Virus record (IMG/VR): IMGVR_UViG_3300032213_001637
Coordinates: 45,022-109,021 of that record
Source of the DNA: a virus
Reading direction: 5' to 3' (one strand)
DNA length: 64,000 nucleotides
The first letter of the stretch is position 1. Each line of letters opens with the position of its first letter. The notes beneath the pieces are model-generated. The model made no database searches. It saw only the letters and a program-made list of their open reading frames with translations, and was not told where the DNA came from. Shown here in pieces: positions 19,826 to 28,556 of the stretch. Made by a program: the position numbers and the translations under genes.

Positions 19826-20194
19826 TTACTTGGTCTTAACAGGCTTGGTTGCAGGCTTGCCAGGCTTAACAGGCTTTGCCGGCTTGGCAGCCTTAACCGC
19901 CTTGCGGGCAAGAACTCCAGCAACGATATTGGTGACATCCCTACGAATCGTCTCCATTGCAACCTTAGTCGTCTTACGAGTACGAACTCCAGCAAGAGTC
20001 TTGCTCTTGTCGAGTACGTTACGAAGGGCACGAATCTGATTACCGTTCAAATCCACTCGGGTCTTTCCGACATGGAGGGTCAAACGGGTAGCACGATGTG
20101 CGCCATTGGTTGGTCCCGCAATATAAGTATTGATTGCGGCGTTCTTACTTTGAACAAAATACGTCTTAAGACGTGAGTCATTAATAATCTTCAT
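19826..20194 (-). CDS. Basic protein with histone H1-like Lys/Ala/Pro tail
   Basis: C-terminus KAVKAAKPAKPVKPGKPATKPVKTK; a strong sigma70-like promoter lies upstream. Confidence 0.7.
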   Translation of the reverse strand: MKIINDSRLKTYFVQSKNAAINTYIAGPTNGAHRATRLTLHVGKTRVDLNGNQIRALRNVLDKSKTLAGVRTRKTTKVAMETIRRDVTNIVAGVLARKAVKAAKPAKPVKPGKPATKPVKTK

Positions 20195-20254
20195 AACTTT
20201 ATTATATTTAGTGTTTTAGTTTTTTATTTCGTTAGTTTGGAACTAACTATCCTC

Positions 20255-20282
20255 ATCATATCATAGATATGTATGATGTCAA
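20255..20282 (-). promoter_or_regulatory. Sigma70-type promoter
   Basis: TTGACA-16nt-TATGAT with an extended -10 TG, upstream of the ORF starting at 20194. Confidence 0.7.
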
Positions 20283-20295
20283 CAGAATTGTTTTT

Positions 20296-21222
20296 TTAAT
20301 TCAACTCCGATTGAAATTTTTCGATAGCGTAATCTTTGGCTTTAAACTCCATTTCAAGATCCAAGTTACCATTGTATGTGGCATATTCCACCGGAATATC
20401 ACGCACATACTGACCATGTGACCGGGGATTCTTTTCAGAAGGATCGTTATCGCTAAAGTGAAACAACGGAATATACGCAGACCACGTATTTGTAGCCATC
20501 GTTAGAGCTTCAGTTGCAGTTTGACGACCCGGATTGCAACGAAAATGAAGGTTGTCATATGTGATTGGAATACCAGTCTGTTGATAAACGTGTTCATACA
20601 GTTGTTCCACATTCCAACTGTTAGGCTTGTCTTCGTTCTCCAAAACCAATCTTCGCTTCACTGACACCGAAAGATCGTTGTATACGTCAATAAAACGTTT
20701 TGCGATGTCTTTTAGATCCGCACCCTTGAAACAATTCATATGAATGTTGATAGGTGCGTCATACGATTGAGGAAGTCCCATATAATCCATCATCTTTCCA
20801 TGAGTTTCCAACTCAATAACAGATTTTTGAGCCACATTGGGATTTGCGCTAGCGGGAACCACAAATTGGTCAGGATGTGTAGAACAACGAATGTTATGTT
20901 GTTTGATCACCGAAGTACACAAATCAAACTCATGTTTGATCTTGTCAAAGTTATAAGTGGTTTCAATAGAAAGATTTGCTTCTGGAAGTGTTTCTAAAGG
21001 CATCATACCGCTGCTGATACGGTAATTCCACTTACGAGAAGCACAATATTCTAGTGTCTTACGTGTTACAATTACGTTGTTTAGGGTACGATCTGCAACA
21101 GTACGTTCTGCGTTGACTCGTTCCAACTGAAGGAAACGAGTTTTGGTCATGGTGGACGCTTGAATTCCCTGCTCTTGAAGACGAAGGGAGATACAACACA
21201 GACTATAACGGTGATTACGCAT
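20296..21222 (-). CDS. uvsE: UV damage endonuclease (UvsE/UVDE)
   Basis: YRISS, STHPDQFVV, NIHM, RLVLENEDK, ITYDNLH, PLFHFS, H..Y and EFKAKD are UVDE TIM-barrel motifs. Confidence 0.92.
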   Translation of the reverse strand: MRNHRYSLCCISLRLQEQGIQASTMTKTRFLQLERVNAERTVADRTLNNVIVTRKTLEYCASRKWNYRISSGMMPLETLPEANLSIETTYNFDKIKHEFDLCTSVIKQHNIRCSTHPDQFVVPASANPNVAQKSVIELETHGKMMDYMGLPQSYDAPINIHMNCFKGADLKDIAKRFIDVYNDLSVSVKRRLVLENEDKPNSWNVEQLYEHVYQQTGIPITYDNLHFRCNPGRQTATEALTMATNTWSAYIPLFHFSDNDPSEKNPRSHGQYVRDIPVEYATYNGNLDLEMEFKAKDYAIEKFQSELN

Positions 21223-21227
21223 GAGAT

Positions 21228-21257
21228 GACCGTATCATAGGAATACGGTCGTGTACA
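21228..21257 (-). promoter_or_regulatory. uvsE promoter overlapped by an inverted repeat (possible operator)
   Basis: TGTACA-17nt-TACGGT ends 6 nt before the ATG; the perfect inverted repeat GACCGTAT-N7-ATACGGTC spans 21228-21250. Confidence 0.5.
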
Positions 21258-21265
21258 GACTTTTT

Positions 21266-21457
21266 TTAAAAATATGTGCTTGCCTCACCACGTTTCCACT
21301 TAACACCTTCATAAACGTAGATATAATTCTCACAAATAATAATCTGTCCAAAAGTACCAACGGTGCTTGACGTAGGAGTGCATGAGCCAGAATCATTCAC
21401 AATCAAAGTAGTGGCTGTAACTGTACCAGCAATTAGTTCAGTATACGTCGTTGGCAT
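21266..21457 (-). CDS. Small protein, duplicate of the C-terminal module of 21460..22053
   Basis: GTVTATTLIV..GTFGQIIICENYIYVYEGVKWKR..STYF; ATG at 21457. Confidence 0.7.
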   Translation of the reverse strand: MPTTYTELIAGTVTATTLIVNDSGSCTPTSSTVGTFGQIIICENYIYVYEGVKWKRGEASTYF

Positions 21458-21459
21458 AA

Positions 21460-22053
21460 TCAATAATAAGTAGAAAGTTCAAAACGTTTCCATTCAGTCC
21501 CATCGTAAATGTACATGTAATTTTCACATACAGTAATCTCGCCAAACGTTCCAGCGCTGGTTGGAGGACATGGTGTATTACTATCAACAATCAACGTCGT
21601 TACAGTTAATGTGCCAACATCAATATCACCATAATAAGTGTACGGAGTAGGAGTAGGATACGGAGTAGGAGTTGCACATGCAGATGCTGGTGTAATTTCA
21701 CAAATAACACAAATTTGACTGCGAACACCTTTATTTTCCCATTTTGTACCGGGACTATTATCCTTTTTAGTCCACGTTACATTTTTATTTACACCATCAT
21801 TTAACACCACCGAATAATTGTTACACAACCGTTCAATCGAATTATTAATTAAATTAATAACAGTGAAATCAGAATCATTTGGATATTTGTACGAAAATAC
21901 ATTACCACGCTTTTGTAGAATGGTGCCGGCAGGTCCAGTAAATAGACCGTTTGCGGAATTATCCACATATGATGGAGAAAATTGAGTTTTTCTAACCACC
22001 AACAAACGTTCTATAAACGTGTTAAATCTGTTATAAGAAATAAAATCTAGCAC
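21460..22053 (-). CDS. Hypothetical (possibly virion fibre/decoration) protein
   Basis: PTPYPTPTPY linker, then GTFGEITVCENYMYIYDGTEWKR..STYY; preceded by the TATTTATA motif. Confidence 0.65.
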   Translation of the reverse strand: MLDFISYNRFNTFIERLLVVRKTQFSPSYVDNSANGLFTGPAGTILQKRGNVFSYKYPNDSDFTVINLINNSIERLCNNYSVVLNDGVNKNVTWTKKDNSPGTKWENKGVRSQICVICEITPASACATPTPYPTPTPYTYYGDIDVGTLTVTTLIVDSNTPCPPTSAGTFGEITVCENYMYIYDGTEWKRFELSTYY

Positions 22054-22088
22054 AAAAGTCCTATTTATTGTACATTATAAATATGAAC

Positions 22089-23270
22089 TCAGCGGCCAAC
22101 TTCTTTAAAAAAGTTTTCTTTAGCAGTTTGATACGACATGTCAGTAATCGGACTATAATACAATACCTCACTTTTAAGGTTATTTTCAGCTTTTAACTTG
22201 ATATATCGATCTTTTGCCTTGGCTTTCCACCAATTCATTATAGCATCCGTATCATCCACATACAACTTTTTCATGACCAATTGATCTTCAGTAATCTCGT
22301 TCTTCAAGAATTCCTTGGTATTTTCATAAAAACTACTGTAGTATACGCCCCGTTCATATCCGTGAACATAATCTTGAGTCCGAAGTTTCAATTCTTGAAA
22401 GATCATGCTCAATACACGTTGTTTAGCACCAGTCACAGGTCCAGAAACATTATCCTTTTGGGTCATCTTTTTAGTGTATTCCGCAGATTTGTTTTCCTTG
22501 ATCCAATCATGCCAAATCTGATATACATCGTCATTTGGCTTAATTGGTATCTTCCCAGAGCTGGTCCCACACTTGTGCCACCACTTCAAACTGTTATACA
22601 TACTGTAACTACCATACAAACTGGTGGTTGTCATTCCTACCAACGTTTGACCATACAACTTCTTCCATACATTACGAACCGCAGATGATGTAACCAAACA
22701 CGCTATCAACTTACCACCCAAAAAGTTATAACCGAATGGTTGAGTACTCATAATACAACTTCCGATTGAACTATGAACCAACTTGCCGTCTTCCAACTTA
22801 TTCTTTGGTGTCCATCCTAGATAAACATCTCTATCCTGAATGGTAATAACATCACTTGATACAGATACCGCTCCCAAATACTTTGGGTTGTCTTCATTGC
22901 CATCCGTAATAAGAAACTTTAAAAATCTACCCGGAGTCTGACTAAACTCCATCGTATGACAAAATACACGCAACATCAACCAATCCAATTCTTGCGATTC
23001 GGTTTCAACATGAACCATCGTAGGTTTCATATTTTCCAACTGTTGTAGTGTTAACTGTTCATTGTTAAGATCCTTGGGTTTCCAGATTTTACACTTCACA
23101 TCATCAGACTTAGTTGCAAAGTTACTATACCCTTTTACTTCCTCCCACTTCTTATAAAACGTTGATTCCTCAACACTCATAGCTTTGAAAAAGTTCATAT
23201 TATCTATGAACTTTTGTTTTTCTAGTTTCTCATTAAACTCAAATGCGGATAAATCAAAAAAATCACTCAT
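22089..23270 (-). CDS. DUF4338 / Druantia DruA-like protein
   Basis: PGRFLKFLITD, YLG...SSDV...RD.YLGW, QPFGYNFLGGKLIA, TTTSLYG..SMYN, GTSSG. Confidence 0.72.
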   Translation of the reverse strand: MSDFFDLSAFEFNEKLEKQKFIDNMNFFKAMSVEESTFYKKWEEVKGYSNFATKSDDVKCKIWKPKDLNNEQLTLQQLENMKPTMVHVETESQELDWLMLRVFCHTMEFSQTPGRFLKFLITDGNEDNPKYLGAVSVSSDVITIQDRDVYLGWTPKNKLEDGKLVHSSIGSCIMSTQPFGYNFLGGKLIACLVTSSAVRNVWKKLYGQTLVGMTTTSLYGSYSMYNSLKWWHKCGTSSGKIPIKPNDDVYQIWHDWIKENKSAEYTKKMTQKDNVSGPVTGAKQRVLSMIFQELKLRTQDYVHGYERGVYYSSFYENTKEFLKNEITEDQLVMKKLYVDDTDAIMNWWKAKAKDRYIKLKAENNLKSEVLYYSPITDMSYQTAKENFFKEVGR

Positions 23271-23821
23271 GATGTTTTCTTTCGGTCTTCAAAGTCTATA
23301 GTAACATCCCGTTTAAAGTCAAATATTATATTATCATCTGATAGTTTTTCTTTTTTACCCGATGGTTTTTCTATTGCCTCAAATTCAAATACTATCTTAC
23401 CTGATTGTATTGATACATTTATCAATTTACTATAATTGATTGGTGGCAATTGACCATTTTCATCTTTAGGCAATTTAGTAGTGACGGCGGACTTAACTTC
23501 ACTTTTGCTGCCAATAGAAATGGGAGATCCCTTTTTAATCAAACCACTTCTATCGTAAAGTAAGTAACCATCTTCCGTTTCAAGTTCAAAATGGTAATAT
23601 GGATGTCTCTTCTCTTTAATTGTTACAGATCTTAATTTGCTATAAGTAACAATTGGCATTTTACCGTTTTTATCTTTAGGAAGTTTAGTTACTTCATTCT
23701 TAACTTTACGTTCGTCGCCAATAGAAAGAGGAGAGTCTAGTTTGATTAGACTCTCCTCATCATACAAAAAGTACGCGTCACCCTTAGCCAATTCAAAATA
23801 ATAATAGTGTTTTCTCTTCAT
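23267..23821 (-). CDS. Hypothetical protein made of two tandem ~68 aa repeats
   Basis: The unit YYxFEL..D.Y.LYD...LIK..SP.SIG....VK..VT.KLPKD.NG..P...YSKL..V.I occurs twice. Confidence 0.75.
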   Translation of the reverse strand: MKRKHYYYFELAKGDAYFLYDEESLIKLDSPLSIGDERKVKNEVTKLPKDKNGKMPIVTYSKLRSVTIKEKRHPYYHFELETEDGYLLYDRSGLIKKGSPISIGSKSEVKSAVTTKLPKDENGQLPPINYSKLINVSIQSGKIVFEFEAIEKPSGKKEKLSDDNIIFDFKRDVTIDFEDRKKTS

Positions 23822-23877
23822 ATGAATGAGTTTTTACAACTCATATACATAGAACAAAAAACACTATCTTGGTTATT

Positions 23878-24288
23878 TTAAACTGTAGAGACCGTGGTGT
23901 TATTATTATGCGTCACATGATCCATAACATCTGAAGTCTCCTCTGTGGTAGGAACAACACTCATAACATTCACAATGTGAGGAATGTTGTCATTGAGAAC
24001 AACACCCGCAGATCGGGCAGTTTCAATAGTTTCTTGAGAAACAGGAGCGTTGGCAAATACCAACTTGGGACGACCCTTAATACCCTTTACGGTACCCAAG
24101 GAGACCACCTGATTTGCTTCAATTGCGTTGGTCAACCTAACCCGAAGCGTAATCAGAGCAGCAAAATGCTGGTTCTGACTCCACAAACTGGGAATGTTAG
24201 GATGTGATTCACTGGTTTCCATCGTGTAAAAGCCGTTGGGCCAATTCACGCTGAGTCCAGTCTTGTTCTGTCGATTTGTCTTCTTCAT
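23878..24288 (-). CDS. Hypothetical protein, possibly winged-helix DNA-binding
   Basis: ITLRVRL..AIE...V..LG......GRPKLVF resembles a wHTH wing; weak call. Confidence 0.5.
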   Translation of the reverse strand: MKKTNRQNKTGLSVNWPNGFYTMETSESHPNIPSLWSQNQHFAALITLRVRLTNAIEANQVVSLGTVKGIKGRPKLVFANAPVSQETIETARSAGVVLNDNIPHIVNVMSVVPTTEETSDVMDHVTHNNNTTVSTV

Positions 24289-24315
24289 ATTTTATATTTA
24301 CTTTCTTGTTAGTTG

Positions 24316-26352
24316 TTAGATTTTACTATTACTGTTCAAAAACATGTCGTTCATTGTCTTAGCGACACTAATAACGTTGGTTACATCAATAAACCGGGAG
24401 TCTTTACCGTACATAGTTTTAAAACATGTAACGGCCGGATCAATATAATAATTTTTATGTGTATATTCACTGATAAAATAAGACACAACCTTATATCCCT
24501 TTTCACGGATCATGCCAACCTGTTTACGAGTGTGTTTTGATCCATTATTACTTGAATACACAATATATACGTTGTTCTTTTGATAACAATACCCCGGTTC
24601 ACCATCAGAGAAATTCAGGAAATAATAATCCTCGTTTTCTCCACAGTCTTTCAACTGATCCATAATTGCCTCGAAACACAATCCTTCAGGAGTGCTTCCA
24701 GTACAAGACAAATAAGGAAACAGATTCACCACTTTGGCAAAAGAGTCCTTACTAGAATCATACACCATAGCAATATACGGATTACCACTTGTATGACTGG
24801 TTGTACGAAGACTCACACTGACACGAATATTAGAAATCATTGAAGCGGCTTTACAAATTGCCGTAACACAAGTGATAGTATTAGTCCACTTTTTACCATC
24901 CATACTAGCACTAGCATCTACAGAAATATGAATAAACGCCTTTTTATACAGATCCGTCTCAATTCTATAGAAAACATTCTCGTTGTCAAATCCAAGATCA
25001 GACAAAACACGTCGATCAATTTTACCCATTGACTTACGCATATACTTCGTTGTGTTAATTTCACTACGAATACTCAGACGTTTTCCAAGCAAAATGCCAA
25101 GTTGGACACCTCGTTCCACTGCCATTTTAGTGGCTGCCTTAGGGTTTTTATGTTCATCATAATCAACACAAGGACAAATATCGGAAAATACCAGTTCACG
25201 ATTGAAGTTCTTCACAACAATACAATCAACACCGGGTGTGGGACTAGTACCATCAATAATATTAGCTCCAACATTAACAATAGTCACTCCCGCACTTTCC
25301 AAACTGGCAAGAATCTTATTCTCAGTAGCAGAAATCTTTGACTTCTTGATATTTCCCAAAACAAAAATCTTCTGCTTCTTTAGAGCACGATCAATAGAAT
25401 CACGTTTGCTCTTGGAAACTCCACTTTGTTCATTCGCCTTTTTAGTAACATCTTCAGAATTAGAAGTTGGAGAAACTACAGACGTAGTTAAACCTCCAAT
25501 GATAGATTCAGCAGAATCAGAAGATTTACCATTTGATTCATCCGAACCAATAACAAGTTTGGTATCACTTTCACCATTCTTAGAATTTCCATTCTCCATT
25601 TTCTGCTGATCAGAATCAATGTTTGTGTAAATCAACTCACAAACTTTGATAGCCAAATCAAGACGATCTTGAGGCGTTTTCAAACGATTGATTGTCGAAA
25701 TACTAATCGTCTCAGCAATCTCCCTAAAATCAGGCAACGCATCCAAATCAGTATTTGGATTTGTCAAATTAATCAACCGAGATTCATAGGATTGAAGAGT
25801 AGCGGAACGATACATTTGTGACTTCAACATCACATCAATGTTTTTGTTGTTGAAAAACTTGTCATACAACGCCAAGTAATATCCACGGTACCCCGGCGCA
25901 TTTGTGTAAATAAACTGATCGATATAACGATCTTCAATGACATTCAGAATCGTTTTAAGAAACGAAGCTACATCAGTTTTAGAAAACCCCTTTGTCTCGG
26001 CAATATTGTAAAGACTACGTGGAATGTTCTGCCACAGATCAATCACCAAACGAAAGTCACTCAACAACACATGTGATCCTTCATGTAGAGCCAATCCAAC
26101 AAGACTATCAAAATCCTCAGGATCTCCTATGTCAGATGAAAGATACACAACCTTACCATCAGTCATGTTGTCTCCGCTGTCATTGAACATCACCGGGATG
26201 TTCTTTCCGGTGAGGATACTAACAAAATTAGCAACAGCTCTACGGCTCATATTGAGTCGAATAAGACGAGTGGTCGAATCAACAGCAACCGTCGAGTCGA
26301 AATCATCAAATTCGTCCAACCAGAAATCAGAATGTATAGAGGATTGTTTCAT
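24316..26352 (-). CDS. vWA (MIDAS) domain protein with N-terminal HExxH metallopeptidase-like domain (CobT-like MoxR partner)
   Basis: GLALHEGSH, LNVIEDRYID, MIDAS SVDASASM, TPEG, FSDGEP. Confidence 0.85.
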   Translation of the reverse strand: MKQSSIHSDFWLDEFDDFDSTVAVDSTTRLIRLNMSRRAVANFVSILTGKNIPVMFNDSGDNMTDGKVVYLSSDIGDPEDFDSLVGLALHEGSHVLLSDFRLVIDLWQNIPRSLYNIAETKGFSKTDVASFLKTILNVIEDRYIDQFIYTNAPGYRGYYLALYDKFFNNKNIDVMLKSQMYRSATLQSYESRLINLTNPNTDLDALPDFREIAETISISTINRLKTPQDRLDLAIKVCELIYTNIDSDQQKMENGNSKNGESDTKLVIGSDESNGKSSDSAESIIGGLTTSVVSPTSNSEDVTKKANEQSGVSKSKRDSIDRALKKQKIFVLGNIKKSKISATENKILASLESAGVTIVNVGANIIDGTSPTPGVDCIVVKNFNRELVFSDICPCVDYDEHKNPKAATKMAVERGVQLGILLGKRLSIRSEINTTKYMRKSMGKIDRRVLSDLGFDNENVFYRIETDLYKKAFIHISVDASASMDGKKWTNTITCVTAICKAASMISNIRVSVSLRTTSHTSGNPYIAMVYDSSKDSFAKVVNLFPYLSCTGSTPEGLCFEAIMDQLKDCGENEDYYFLNFSDGEPGYCYQKNNVYIVYSSNNGSKHTRKQVGMIREKGYKVVSYFISEYTHKNYYIDPAVTCFKTMYGKDSRFIDVTNVISVAKTMNDMFLNSNSKI

Positions 26353-26361
26353 CGTGATAAT

Positions 26362-26390
26362 ATCCTACACCGGAATTATACAAATGTCAA
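26362..26390 (-). promoter_or_regulatory. Sigma70-type promoter, near-leaderless
   Basis: TTGACA-17nt-TAGGAT, 9 nt before the vWA ATG. Confidence 0.75.
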
Positions 26391-26398
26391 TACTTTTT

Positions 26399-27349
26399 TT
26401 AGAACGGAGGTTGAGAAACACCAACTGGATCATTCATCAACGGAGTGGTGTTGGATTCTGCCGGAATATACTTCTGAACAACCTGTTTGATATACACACG
26501 TTCACTGTCAACACCACCGTCAATAGAAAACTCAGGATAAATGACACTTTCAGCAATCTCACGAAGATTGAATCCATCATTGGCCAATTCTGTCATCTCA
26601 CACACAGCACGGGTAGACACAAAGTTGGTAATCTTACCATCTTCCTGACGATATTGATCACGGGTATGAGCCGCAATATCACAAATTGCTGAGATCGTGT
26701 TGAAAACCTCAGTATCTTTGGTGTTAATCTTGAATCGATTAACCATAAGGTTAAATTCGGACTGTTTATCAAGAAAGTCCATTTCAATCTTAACAGTAAA
26801 ACGGTCCATCAAAGCACGATCCATAACACGGGTGGCAGTATACTGATTACCAATATTGGCAGTTCCAATAAAACACACACCCTTCGCTACGGTAATAACT
26901 TCACTGTCCTTCTTTTCATCCAAACGAAGATATCGTTGAAGGTTATCAAGAACAGTCATCATGATGTTTGCAGCATCGTGATGAGCACGGCTAATTTCAT
27001 CCAAAAGAATGACAGCATTAGGAGTTTGAATCGCCCTAACAAAAGTAGACTCACTAAAAATCGTTCCCGTGTCCTTTTCAAAGTGAGTATTACCAATAAG
27101 AGCACTACGAGAATCTTGAGTAGATCCCATGTTGAAGTAAAAGAACGGACGATTGAAGACCTTGGCAACTGTCTGAGCGGCAAGAGTCTTACCACAACCA
27201 GTGGGTCCAACCATCAACACGTTCTTACCGTAAAGAACTGATCGAACGAGGTACTTCCACTTAAGATCTGAAATAATCACATCAGATGGCTTAAGATTCA
27301 CAGAAGTCTTGAGGATATCGTTGACTGAGGAGAGTTTGATGTCTGTCAT
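26399..27349 (-). CDS. MoxR-family AAA+ ATPase (CbbQ/NirQ/CobS-like)
   Basis: Walker A GPTGCGKT, Walker B ILLDE, TANIG, MDRALMDRF. ATG at 27349 preferred because the ATGs at 27367/27364 overlap or abut the -10 box. Confidence 0.9.
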   Translation of the reverse strand: MTDIKLSSVNDILKTSVNLKPSDVIISDLKWKYLVRSVLYGKNVLMVGPTGCGKTLAAQTVAKVFNRPFFYFNMGSTQDSRSALIGNTHFEKDTGTIFSESTFVRAIQTPNAVILLDEISRAHHDAANIMMTVLDNLQRYLRLDEKKDSEVITVAKGVCFIGTANIGNQYTATRVMDRALMDRFTVKIEMDFLDKQSEFNLMVNRFKINTKDTEVFNTISAICDIAAHTRDQYRQEDGKITNFVSTRAVCEMTELANDGFNLREIAESVIYPEFSIDGGVDSERVYIKQVVQKYIPAESNTTPLMNDPVGVSQPPF

Positions 27350-27365
27350 ATTTTTAATTTCCATC

Positions 27366-27393
27366 ATCCTACACCGGTTATAGAAAAAGTCAA
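27366..27393 (-). promoter_or_regulatory. Sigma70-type promoter
   Basis: TTGACT-16nt-TAGGAT; shares CCGGTGTAGGAT with the vWA promoter. Confidence 0.7.
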
Positions 27394-27394
27394 C

Positions 27395-27424
27395 AAAAAA
27401 TCCGCTGTTTTTTCAGCGGATTTT
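27395..27424 (-). terminator. Rho-independent terminator
   Basis: Stem TCCGCTG/CAGCGGA with a T-run on the minus strand, downstream of 27452..27742. Confidence 0.75.
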
Positions 27425-27451
27425 ACGAGGGTTTTAGAATGTTTGATGTTT

Positions 27452-27742
27452 TTATCGTCTACGACCATGATGGTGATGTCCGCCAACCCAAATCGTTGGA
27501 GCGGGATAATAAACCACAGGTCGTGGCATTATTACAACCGGCTGATGATACACTACCGGCTGATGATACACTACCACTTGTGGTTGATATACTACGGGAA
27601 CATAAACAACTGGTTGTGGTGGATAACAATACACGGGAACGCCAAATCCAATAGAAACACCCCAACTGAAGTGACCAGCATTAACAGAACATACACTGAG
27701 TAACGCTGCAACAAGTAATAATTTAGATATAATTCTTTTCAT
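27452..27742 (-). CDS. Small secreted Pro/Val/Tyr-rich (PXPV-like) protein
   Basis: Signal peptide MKRIISKLLLVAALLSVCSVNA, FSWGVSIG, PVVY repeats (18 bp tandem duplication at 27537-27572), His/Arg tail. Confidence 0.7.
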   Translation of the reverse strand: MKRIISKLLLVAALLSVCSVNAGHFSWGVSIGFGVPVYCYPPQPVVYVPVVYQPQVVVYHQPVVYHQPVVIMPRPVVYYPAPTIWVGGHHHHGRRR

Positions 27743-27796
27743 AGGTTTTATCCGACAGTGGTTTGACTATGCTAGATATACCCGTATTCGATTAAC

Positions 27797-28468
27797 TCAC
27801 TTAAATTTGACAGTCAAGTCATCATCCGATTGTTTCGGATACTTGTACTTTGGCTTTTCACCCTTCAAAGAGTGATCAGATTGCTTTTCAACCTTTTTAA
27901 GGTTAACATCTTGCATCGGTTGGTCGGGAAGATCCTCTTTCTTTTCTACTGCATCAACTACTTTAACGTCAGTCTTTTGTGGTCCGTCTTGTTTCTTCTT
28001 CTTTTCCTTATCAAGGCTATTGTCTGCGACTTTGTTGTAAGCAGTATTGAGATAGTTTTCTTTATCGCTTGTCAAATATGATTTGATAAAGTCTTTCACT
28101 TCATCATATGTCAAACCAATCTTTTTGGTTCGATCTGTTTTGTCTTTATAAGCCAATATTTCAAAACTGTTGTTCCAACGTGGACGTACATGAACGTGGT
28201 ATGGATCACATCCACACAATTCAAAATTACCAGCGTCATTTTTGGTGACACTATAACTCTTATTGATCTTTTTGGCCTCTTTATCCAACTCTTCTTCGAT
28301 TTGTGAACAAGTTTTATCGAACTCCGCATTCTTTTCTTCAATAACCTCCATCACAATCTTCTTCAAAAGACCTGAGATCTTATTTCTTTCATCCAAACGT
28401 TTCTTTCGTTCAACAAGAACTTCTTGGATTCCTTCAGAAATGAGTGTACGTAATTGATCAATTTTCAT
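27797..28468 (-). CDS. Hypothetical charged protein (possible head-internal protein)
   Basis: ATG at 28468 (MKIDQLRTLISEGIQEVLVE) lies directly after the TATTTATA motif. Confidence 0.7.
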   Translation of the reverse strand: MKIDQLRTLISEGIQEVLVERKKRLDERNKISGLLKKIVMEVIEEKNAEFDKTCSQIEEELDKEAKKINKSYSVTKNDAGNFELCGCDPYHVHVRPRWNNSFEILAYKDKTDRTKKIGLTYDEVKDFIKSYLTSDKENYLNTAYNKVADNSLDKEKKKKQDGPQKTDVKVVDAVEKKEDLPDQPMQDVNLKKVEKQSDHSLKGEKPKYKYPKQSDDDLTVKFK

Positions 28469-28506
28469 ATTATGACTATAAATATATAAAAGTTGAATAT
28501 AACAAC

Positions 28507-28537
28507 AAAAAAAGAACACCCAAAATAGGGTGTTCTT
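28507..28537 (-). terminator. Rho-independent terminator
   Basis: 10 bp stem AAGAACACCC/GGGTGTTCTT followed by a T-run on the minus strand. Confidence 0.8.
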
Positions 28538-28556
28538 GTGATGTTATTTAACTTTA

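Noticed and set aside
19637-20176. 179 aa plus-strand ORF
   Set aside because: It is antisense to promoter-supported minus-strand genes and has no recognisable features.
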